A stretch of 24,921 nt of DNA from a virus (lineage: Duplodnaviria; Caudoviricetes). The notes under the pieces are model-generated. The model was not told the origin of the DNA, ran no database searches, and saw only the letters and a program-made list of their open reading frames with translations. Made by a program: the position numbers and the translations under genes. The stretch is taken from positions 1-24,921 of the IMG/VR virus record IMGVR_UViG_3300025635_000146; one strand, 5' to 3'. Positions 1 to 5,805 of this stretch are shown here, one piece after another (the stretch's first letter is position 1; each line of letters starts with the position of its first letter).

Positions 1-128
1 TGTCCCGTGCAGCAAGTCGTGCAGGTGGTGGTCTTGCCGTTGATGGTCACCGTATGCGTCGAGCACGAGGCCCAGACGGCGGTGGCGGTTCCGGCGATGG
101 CCAGTGCGGCCGCGATCTTCTTCAACAT
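1..128 (-). CDS. Small secreted Cys/Thr-rich peptide, 3' end truncated by the window edge (MLKKIAAALAIAGTATAVWA-SCSTHTVTINGKTTTCTTCCTG...)
   Basis: Manual translation, not in the ORF track. ATG at 128 with GGAG upstream. Sec-type signal peptide (KK, hydrophobic stretch, V-W-A cleavage site), then C...CxxCC. Confidence 0.8.
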   Translation of the reverse strand, partial: MLKKIAAALAIAGTATAVWASCSTHTVTINGKTTTCTTCCTG

Positions 129-166
129 AATGCGCTCCTTGGCCCCGTGGGGCCTTGATTTTACGA

Positions 167-364
167 CTAAGTTGTTGTTTCTTCAACACTTTCTGCGTGC
201 GATCGGAGGATCTTCTCGCACCGCTCCCTCAGCTCCGGGTCCATCCCGTAAAGCAGGCCCCAGATAATCGCAGCGGCCTTGCCCGTGGCCTTTGCGTAGT
301 CCATCGGCTGACGCTTCTCAGGGGGCTTGCCAACCAGAATTTGATCGATCTCTTTCATGTCCAT
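167..364 (-). CDS. Hypothetical phage protein (~65 aa)
   Basis: ORF 167..373; ATG at 364 preferred because GAGGT lies just upstream; co-oriented with its neighbours. Confidence 0.7.
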   Translation of the reverse strand: MDMKEIDQILVGKPPEKRQPMDYAKATGKAAAIIWGLLYGMDPELRERCEKILRSHAESVEETTT

Positions 365-379
365 TTCAGTCACCTCTGT

Positions 380-517
380 TTAACTGTAAAGCCAAGGGTA
401 CTTCTGTGCCCAGTAGCCTGTCTCGCTCTCGCAGATCCAGTACCACTCGGCTTGAGAGAGGAGGCCCTCCGCTATTGCGATGGCCTCGTCCAGATTGATG
501 CAGTCCTGCAGGCTCAT
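380..517 (-). CDS. Hypothetical 45-aa aromatic-rich protein (MSLQDCINLDEAIAIAEGLLSQAEWYWICESETGYWAQKYPWLYS)
   Basis: Manual translation; ATGA overlap with the stop of 514..732; fills the gap in the operon. Confidence 0.7.
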   Translation of the reverse strand: MSLQDCINLDEAIAIAEGLLSQAEWYWICESETGYWAQKYPWLYS

Positions 518-732
518 GAGTACACCCGCTTGATCTCACGATAGATGCGGCGCTCGTCGGCGTCCGTGATCTTCTGCTCAAGCCAGTTGGCCTTGTAGCC
601 CTTACGGTCCACGAGGAACCAGTCGGACTCAAACCACCGACCGTCGTCAGCGTGATCCCACTGAGCCTGCGTCACCACCACCCCGCAAGGAATGCCGTTG
701 ATCGTGGTCTCGAAGTCTGCGATGTGCTTCAT
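514..732 (-). CDS. Hypothetical phage protein (72 aa)
   Basis: ORF with GGAG RBS directly downstream of promoter repeat A; DRKGYKANWLEQK motif resembles small phage early proteins. Confidence 0.8.
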   Translation of the reverse strand: MKHIADFETTINGIPCGVVVTQAQWDHADDGRWFESDWFLVDRKGYKANWLEQKITDADERRIYREIKRVYS

Positions 733-744
733 GTCTTTGCTCCA

Positions 745-818
745 GTTGCCCTGCGTCGTGCAGTGATGCCATTCTAACCCAAAGTTAAAGTGCGACAGGA
801 AGATAGGACAAACCCTAA
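745..818 (-). promoter_or_regulatory. Repeated early promoter/leader element, copy A
   Basis: Minus strand TAGGGTTTGTCCTA...TTAACTTTGGGT-TAGAAT(-10, 771-776)-GGCATCA-CTGCACGACGCAG hairpin-GGCAACTGGAG. Colinear similarity to 2760-2836. The -35 is weak. Confidence 0.65.
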
Positions 819-819
819 C

Positions 820-933
820 TCACCATGGGCGCCAGACCGTCATGTCCAAGATCACCACCACCATGGCCGCGGCGTAAACAGCAAGCCACCACAGCAGGCT
901 GACGCCAGACTCGATCCTCTGCTCTGTGCTCAT
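820..933 (-). CDS. Small single-pass membrane protein, 37 aa (MSTEQRIESGVSLLWWLAVYAAAMVVVILDMTVWRPW)
   Basis: Manual translation; strong AAGGAG RBS; one hydrophobic helix ending in DxxxWRP. Confidence 0.75.
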   Translation of the reverse strand: MSTEQRIESGVSLLWWLAVYAAAMVVVILDMTVWRPW

Positions 934-985
934 TTGCTACTCCTTTGCAGAGGGAGGGGCCTGCTTGAGGCGCCCTCCCGACTCA

Positions 986-1441
986 TCATGCTGCAGTCCT
1001 GTGCTCCTCAACAGGGACGCCCTGCAGCCTCTCCTCCACAGCCATCAGCAGTTCAGCCAGATCCTGATCCAAGAGGTGGAGTTTCTTGTTCCACCGTTGG
1101 ATCGTCATCTTGATGTCGTGCAGGAGTTCCTCCTTCAGGTTGTCGTCGCTCATCACTCGAGTGGTCAGGCGGTAGCCGCCACCGTTCTCCCGGTCTGTCG
1201 GGAGGCTGACGAAGGCGCGGACCTCCATGGCTTCCGTCTCCACCAGTTTGATTCGGCACCGTTGGATCAGTGCTCGAGCCTCTTGCTTGCGATAGGCGTC
1301 TGCCGCCTTTGAGTCGTCCCATGTGAAGTGCTTGTGCAGGATGTTGTTCTCATCCCGAGCCAAGTCAATCACCTGATCCACCAACAACATTCCGCCATTC
1401 TGCTTGGCGACCTGTGTCAGGTACTTACGTTCCATTTCCAT
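986..1441 (-). CDS. Conserved phage protein (LHxxFxWDDxxAAxxYRxxxARxLI motif); putative accessory of the Cas7-like/pentamer-array module
   Basis: 151-aa ORF; GAAGGAG RBS directly after the array; motif recognised by eye, function unknown. Confidence 0.8.
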   Translation of the reverse strand: MEMERKYLTQVAKQNGGMLLVDQVIDLARDENNILHKHFTWDDSKAADAYRKQEARALIQRCRIKLVETEAMEVRAFVSLPTDRENGGGYRLTTRVMSDDNLKEELLHDIKMTIQRWNKKLHLLDQDLAELLMAVEERLQGVPVEEHRTAA

Positions 1442-1464
1442 TTCATCTCTCCTTCAAAGTTGAA

Positions 1465-1727
1465 TGCCTGCGGTGTCAGACCGTACCTTGCCTTGCTCAG
1501 CCCCGCCCCGCCTTACCTGCCTTGCCAGTCCCGAACCCGCGCGAACGGGCCGTGCCTAACCTGCCTTGCCTATCGTCTCCGCTCCGGATCAGTCCGAGCC
1601 TCGCCACTCCATGCCTGCCTCGCTGCGCCAGACCGTGACACACCACACATCACCTCGCCACGCCATGCCCCGCCTGCCGTGCCTCGCCGGGACAGACGTC
1701 GCCTATCCCGGCCTTTCCTTACCGGCC
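1465..1727 (-). repeat. Non-coding GG(Y/A)-NN pentamer array in 5 units; putative guide-RNA array (VIPR-like vrRNA)
   Basis: The minus strand parses without gaps into 47 pentamers: 35 begin GG, the rest keep one G, and position 3 is never G (39 C/T, 8 A). Blocks of 9, 11, 10, 8 and 9 pentamers are each preceded by a tetramer (GGCC, then GGCA x4), and the array ends CGCA-GGCA. It begins at the base after the Cas7-like stop codon. Confidence 0.9.
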
Positions 1728-2387
1728 TTATTGAATCTTGAACTTCTTGATCACTTCCTTCTCTCTGTCAGAAGGAACCACATTGAACAGACCGAACCCA
1801 CATCCGGCAGAAGCCTTGCTGTCAGGACGACCTGCACCGATACCCACTTGCATCCCGCACCGGGAGACAAGGTTCAAGACATCGGCCATCTTGAACTGGT
1901 CCATGTCGTACCGGATACGCAGACGCGCAGCCCAGTTGCGATACATGGGACGGGAACGGACATCGACTACGCCAGTGGCGTTTCGAGTGTGTGCCGTGTA
2001 GACGTGGCTCTCGCCGTAGATGCGGACGAGAGGGACGCCATCGTTCTTGTCGAAGCCATCAGCCTCAACGAACGCTGACAACTTCGCAAGGGTCATCTTG
2101 AACCCGACCAGTCGGCAAGCGCTGATCATGGCTGCACGGAATGCCGCGGCGTTCATGCCCTCCCAACCGTCCATGCTGCGATAGCGTGCCTCCTCGGCCT
2201 CTTTGTCGTAGTCCCGAGCCTCGCGGTTCTTCTTGTTCTTGGCGGACTGGCCCTCGGCCATCTTTGCCATGAGTTCAGCCTTCTTGCTGAAGCGCTCCAC
2301 CACCAGAGGGGCAGCGCCCTCGATGAAGAAGTCGGTGACGCCGAACTTCGGCGGGGTGATAACGCAGGTTTCTTCCTTGATTGCCAT
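1728..2387 (-). CDS. Stand-alone Cas7/Csm3-like RAMP-fold protein (Vipr-like), 219 aa
   Basis: RAMP-like motif order: N-terminal strand IEGAAPLVV, MNAAAFRAAMISA (cf. IPxSSxKGxxR), thumb region TRNATGVVDVRSRP, and C-terminal Gly-rich loop GMQVGIGAGRP...GCGFGLF. GGAG RBS. No other cas genes nearby. Confidence 0.75.
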   Translation of the reverse strand: MAIKEETCVITPPKFGVTDFFIEGAAPLVVERFSKKAELMAKMAEGQSAKNKKNREARDYDKEAEEARYRSMDGWEGMNAAAFRAAMISACRLVGFKMTLAKLSAFVEADGFDKNDGVPLVRIYGESHVYTAHTRNATGVVDVRSRPMYRNWAARLRIRYDMDQFKMADVLNLVSRCGMQVGIGAGRPDSKASAGCGFGLFNVVPSDREKEVIKKFKIQ

Positions 2388-2405
2388 TTACTTTCTCCAG
2401 TGAAT

Positions 2406-2450
2406 ACCCCTGAGGGGCGGTTGATGTGGGGGCCAGAGCCCCCGGTTGAT
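2406..2450 (-). promoter_or_regulatory. Tandem ATCAACCG-hairpin elements in the leader of the Cas7-like gene
   Basis: Minus strand ATCAACC-GGGGGC-TCTG-GCCCCC-AC-ATCAACC-GCCCC-TCA-GGGGT; no U-tract follows either hairpin. Confidence 0.45.
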
Positions 2451-2743
2451 TAACGGGTGGTGGTCTTGACAGAGAACACGGCGGTGACGGTCGTGTTGGC
2501 CACGATGACATCCTCAGGGATGTTGCAGGCCTTGGCGATCGCCTTCCAGTCGGTGACCTTGCGGTTGGCCTCGATGACCGAAGCCTTGAAGTAGTTGCCC
2601 TCGAACACCGAGCCGCCGCCGTTGGTGGCGACATCCTTCATCGCGCTCTTGATCGACTCGGCCTTGGCCGTCAGTTCAGCGATCTGGGCCAACAGGAGGC
2701 CGAGTTCGTCAGCGTGAAGGAGAGGGATGTTGTTTGCGTCCAT
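2450..2743 (-). CDS. Hypothetical phage protein (97 aa, N-terminal coiled coil)
   Basis: Clean ORF with GC3-rich codon usage; AAGG RBS; first gene after promoter repeat B. Confidence 0.85.
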   Translation of the reverse strand: MDANNIPLLHADELGLLLAQIAELTAKAESIKSAMKDVATNGGGSVFEGNYFKASVIEANRKVTDWKAIAKACNIPEDVIVANTTVTAVFSVKTTTR

Positions 2744-2759
2744 GATCAGTTACCTTTCG

Positions 2760-2836
2760 TTTACCCTGCAACACCGTGCTGCAGTGGTTGCAACTTTAAT
2801 CTAAAGTCAAAACCAGTGTCTAGTGATAAACCCTAA
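2760..2836 (-). promoter_or_regulatory. Repeated early promoter/leader element, copy B
   Basis: TAGGGTTTATCAC-TAGACA(-35, 2817-2822)-18 nt-TAAAGT(-10, 2793-2798); palindrome ACTTTA-ATC-TAAAGT at 2793-2807; leader hairpin CTGCAGCACGGTGTTGCAG at 2766-2784. Confidence 0.7.
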
Positions 2837-3126
2837 GGTTCAGTCGGATTTAGCAGTCTCTTGGTGTCCTCAAGGAGATCCTGCTCTGTGAAGCCCCAGT
2901 GCTTGGGAAAGCCCTTCGTCCCTAGCCCGTGAACTCCCGTCTTGCCGCGGTGATGCTCGGGACAGAGAGGGATGACATCGAAGTGGCTTGCCCTCTTGGC
3001 CATGCCGACACCGGCTCGAGGATGGTGCAGTTCCGCGGGCGTGCCGGGATAGCCCATCCTTCGGCACACAGAGCAGCCCAGATCGGCCACTCTGCTCATG
3101 TGCTTGCGCTCGGCAATGGTGGTCAC
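2833..3126 (-). CDS. Ref-like (RecA-dependent recombination enhancement) HNH nuclease
   Basis: CxxC...ELHHPR.G.GM....SHFDVIPLCPEHHRG..GVH zinc/HNH signature, as in the P1 Ref family. Confidence 0.8.
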   Translation of the reverse strand: MTTIAERKHMSRVADLGCSVCRRMGYPGTPAELHHPRAGVGMAKRASHFDVIPLCPEHHRGKTGVHGLGTKGFPKHWGFTEQDLLEDTKRLLNPTEP

Positions 3127-3464
3127 AGGGTAGCCCTGTCCTGAGCCCGATTAGAGGCCTCCAGAGACCTCCAGACATCGATGCGGGCCTGTGCAGCCAC
3201 AAGCATCCACCGCAGGCGCTCTTCCTCCTCTATGGCCTGTTTGATGGCCTTGAGGTGCTCTTTGTAGTCTGGGTGGCTGTACGCCTCCCGCTCCTGTGCG
3301 TTGACGGCCTCAAAGCCTGCCACGAGGGCCTCCTTGCAGAGTTCGGCCTTCATCGTCTTGCGGTACTCCTCGCAATAGACTCTGTTGGCCTTTGCTTGGG
3401 CGTACTTCTTCGCGTTGGCGATCATGAAGTCGATCGCGTCGTTTGGGTCAATTACCTTTTCCAT
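3123..3464 (-). CDS. Conserved helical phage protein (possibly a UvsY-like recombination mediator)
   Basis: TGATG coupling at 3464; long alpha-helical sequence with AQEREAY and WRS motifs; lies between the RuvC-like and Ref-like genes. Confidence 0.7.
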   Translation of the reverse strand: MEKVIDPNDAIDFMIANAKKYAQAKANRVYCEEYRKTMKAELCKEALVAGFEAVNAQEREAYSHPDYKEHLKAIKQAIEEEERLRWMLVAAQARIDVWRSLEASNRAQDRATL

Positions 3465-3568
3465 CACCACCACCAGATGTAGATTGCGATCACGCCCAAC
3501 CCGAAGGCGAGCAGGACCAGAAGGATGATTCCAAGATCGTCCATGGCGTCATCAAACCATCGATGCAT
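3464..3568 (-). CDS. Small membrane peptide (<=34 aa, ...DDLGIILLVLLAFGLGVIAIYIWWW)
   Basis: 3' part of ORF 3464..3676; one TM helix; bridges the RuvC-like stop to the next start; start uncertain (3568 or 3544). Confidence 0.55.
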   Translation of the reverse strand: MHRWFDDAMDDLGIILLVLLAFGLGVIAIYIWWW

Positions 3569-4013
3569 ACCCGTGCCGTGCAATGAGTGCGGCGTCGGCC
3601 AAGGCGCGGCCTTGGATCTTCTTGTGCAGTTCGTCCCACTTCGGCCACAACTGCATTGCCCGGACTCGAGCAGCATCCTTCTCGGTGCCGATCAGGCCTT
3701 CGGACTTCTTCCATGCCTGCGGAGGCACCAAGGTGTAAGGCAGCCCAAGGGAGCCGATCACTCCCATCACTGTGCCCACAGAGTGACCGAAGTTGAACAT
3801 CGAGGTAACCCCCTGTTTGGGCATCGCTCCGACCATCTCAATGAAGATGTGGACGCAGCAGGAACTGGCGAGGAAGTCATGCACCAGAACCGGGTTAACT
3901 CGCTCGCTCTTGCCGACAGTCATCGTCGGCATACGGTCCCACTCGATCGGCACGCCGTCCTCGAGCACCACCATGGCGCCGGACGAACCGGGATCAATTC
4001 CAACCACTCTCAT
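3552..4013 (-). CDS. ruvC: RuvC-like Holliday junction resolvase
   Basis: VVGIDPG, FIE, SMFNFG..VG, PQAWKK and ADAALIA catalytic motifs. Confidence 0.88.
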   Translation of the reverse strand: MRVVGIDPGSSGAMVVLEDGVPIEWDRMPTMTVGKSERVNPVLVHDFLASSCCVHIFIEMVGAMPKQGVTSMFNFGHSVGTVMGVIGSLGLPYTLVPPQAWKKSEGLIGTEKDAARVRAMQLWPKWDELHKKIQGRALADAALIARHGYASMV

Positions 4014-4494
4014 TTTTCATCCTCAGAAGTTTTGCACCTGCCATGTCGATGTACGCATTGGTCCTTTCGACATGACCCCCGTTGACGGTTCTTTGAGTGA
4101 TCGTGTTTTCAATCACGATTTTTGGAAAGTACGTTCCGCCCTCATAGATCTTCTGCACCAGAAGCACATCGGACTGTTTGAGATACAAGAACCCAACGAA
4201 CGGCACACAAAGGGCGTCTGACATCGCACGACCCTTTTCGATCTTGCTCATGGTCACCAACCACACGCTGCCGTATTGCTTGTTGAACTTGTCCAGATCC
4301 ATGTCGTACCGGCACTTGGTCTCAACGACAGCGCAGATCTCACCGCCCTCAATGAGCACCGAATCAACGTCAGCCGGTTTGTTCTTCGGCGTGTGGGCGT
4401 ATACCATTCGAGGGTAGTTGCTCTCGAATATCTCCTGAGCCCTCTTTTCATCAATCAAAGTCTTCTTACCTGCTTCAGTCAAAACGTCCATCAT
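3994..4494 (-). CDS. PD-(D/E)XK family nuclease-like protein
   Basis: E...ADVD...VVETKCR motif arrangement. Confidence 0.65.
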   Translation of the reverse strand: MMDVLTEAGKKTLIDEKRAQEIFESNYPRMVYAHTPKNKPADVDSVLIEGGEICAVVETKCRYDMDLDKFNKQYGSVWLVTMSKIEKGRAMSDALCVPFVGFLYLKQSDVLLVQKIYEGGTYFPKIVIENTITQRTVNGGHVERTNAYIDMAGAKLLRMKNESGWN

Positions 4495-4661
4495 TTCACC
4501 TTGTTCATTCTTTGCTTCAAATCGGCCAGTGCGTCTGGCCCCCTTCTCTTCTCAATGTCTTGTGAGGTCTTCTGCCACCAGTCTCGTGCCGCAGTAAAAC
4601 CACCTTCGGACTTGATCTCGTTGAACCTCTTCACCCAGTGTCTGGCCTCGCAGTTCCTCAT
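4491..4661 (-). CDS. Hypothetical phage protein (MRNCEARHWVKRF...DIEKRRG...RMNKVK); start uncertain (4661, 4718 or 4763)
   Basis: Part of ORF 4491..4763; GGAG close upstream of ATG 4661; stop overlaps the next start (ATGA). Confidence 0.7.
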   Translation of the reverse strand: MRNCEARHWVKRFNEIKSEGGFTAARDWWQKTSQDIEKRRGPDALADLKQRMNKVK

Positions 4662-4770
4662 GTGCTCCCAGATCTCCGGTGGCGGTAAGAGCGTCTCGAA
4701 TTTGATCTGCAGAGGCATCCATACCGTCTTTGAGGCTGTTGAGGAGGCGGTGCGCTTCTTCACGGGTCAT
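4552..4770 (-). CDS. Hypothetical phage protein (MTREEAHRLL...ALTATGD), overlapping the next gene
   Basis: AAGGAG RBS before ATG 4770; N-terminal half looks like an amphipathic helix. Confidence 0.6.
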   Translation of the reverse strand: MTREEAHRLLNSLKDGMDASADQIRDALTATGDLGAHEELRGQTLGEEVQRDQVRRWFYCGTRLVAEDLTRH

Positions 4771-4933
4771 TGCGCTCCTTCAGCATGGCGTCGGCCATCT
4801 TGTAAGCCTGCTTGGCGACGATCTCCCCAACACCGTCCCTCTGGTGCTTGATGATGTCGGCCAAGAGTGCAGCCATGGCCGCCATGGCGAACTCGTCCCG
4901 CAGGGTCTTCTGGTCGGTTTGCTTTTCAGTCAT
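4760..4933 (-). CDS. Small phage protein of the TLRDxFAxxAM...AYxMADAML family
   Basis: Recognisable motif; GGAG RBS before ATG 4933. Confidence 0.8.
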   Translation of the reverse strand: MTEKQTDQKTLRDEFAMAAMAALLADIIKHQRDGVGEIVAKQAYKMADAMLKERNDP

Positions 4934-5270
4934 TGCGCTCTCCAATCGCCTCACGCCACGCAGATCTCTGGAACGAACTCAGGCGGTCACCTCGAGCCTC
5001 CCGCTCCTTCAGCGCCTTGGCCCACCTCTTCGGATCGTCAGAAGCGCCGATCTGCTCCAACTTCCTCAGGATGCTCAACTTCTCCTCGTCAGAGATCTGC
5101 CGGGATTGAGAGATGGCCTCGACAGGGCTCCGATTGATGGACTCGGTGATCGATGGCCAGTCCTTGGGCTGACTCCACGCATGACGAGAGCAAAGGCGCC
5201 CATTTCCACCATCCACGCTCCAACGGTTGGGACAACCTCGAGCGCCACACATCAGGGATAGATCTTCCAT
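4926..5270 (-). CDS. Hypothetical protein with N-terminal Cx4C...CxxH putative zinc site
   Basis: CGARGC...LCSRH; C-terminal DPKRWAKALKERE motif; sits in the replication operon. Confidence 0.75.
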   Translation of the reverse strand: MEDLSLMCGARGCPNRWSVDGGNGRLCSRHAWSQPKDWPSITESINRSPVEAISQSRQISDEEKLSILRKLEQIGASDDPKRWAKALKEREARGDRLSSFQRSAWREAIGERND

Positions 5271-5271
5271 G

Positions 5272-5805
5272 TCAGTTCCTCAGTAGTAGGGGTTTTTCGG
5301 CCTCGATGTAGCCCTTGGCTCCGTTCTCGATGGCCGCGATGCCAGACAGGCGGGCAGGGGCGTCCTCGACCCCTCGGGTCGTGTAGGTGCGGTAGAAGTC
5401 GCAGAACCGCTTCTGAAGGAAGGGAAGTTCGTCAACATCGGACTGGCAGAACTTCACCCACCCCCCGAGGCTCTGAATCGCCGCATGAGCGATCGGATCG
5501 CCTAGGTCAAGGGTCTGGTATGCCCCGACCTGAGAAATCGCCTTGTAGGCCCTATTCCACGCCAATAAGGCCCTATCCGTATGCGTACCTTGGAGCGCTC
5601 GGACGAGATCGGCGGGTTTTGGGGGGAACTGGCCCTTCTCCGGATCCATGGCGTGGGAGGTCAGGGCCTTGCGGACCTGCTCGAGATCGAAGGACTGGGC
5701 GGCCTGCCACCAGACGGTGATGGCGAAGTCCGAGACGTCCTGCTTGTAGAAGGCCAAGACATCGGTGATCAGTTCCATGAACTGAGGCTTGTCACTCGCT
5801 TTCAT
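5272..5805 (-). CDS. DUF6475-like protein at the lambda-P/helicase-loader position
   Basis: N-terminal WW....F....V..AL..H....F.PKPAD (G39P/loader-like); C-terminal DP.AH.AI..LGGW..FC; directly follows the O-like gene. Confidence 0.7.
   Translation of the reverse strand: MKASDKPQFMELITDVLAFYKQDVSDFAITVWWQAAQSFDLEQVRKALTSHAMDPEKGQFPPKPADLVRALQGTHTDRALLAWNRAYKAISQVGAYQTLDLGDPIAHAAIQSLGGWVKFCQSDVDELPFLQKRFCDFYRTYTTRGVEDAPARLSGIAAIENGAKGYIEAEKPLLLRN

Noticed and set aside
1465-1727. Canonical CRISPR array, simple microsatellite, or protein-coding repeat
   Set aside because: There are no 23-47-nt identical repeats with spacers. The NN positions are diverse rather than clonal. A 5-nt period does not fit codon structure, and the overlapping plus-strand ORFs (1328..1741, 1414..1638, 1566..2078) are antisense to the operon and low-complexity.
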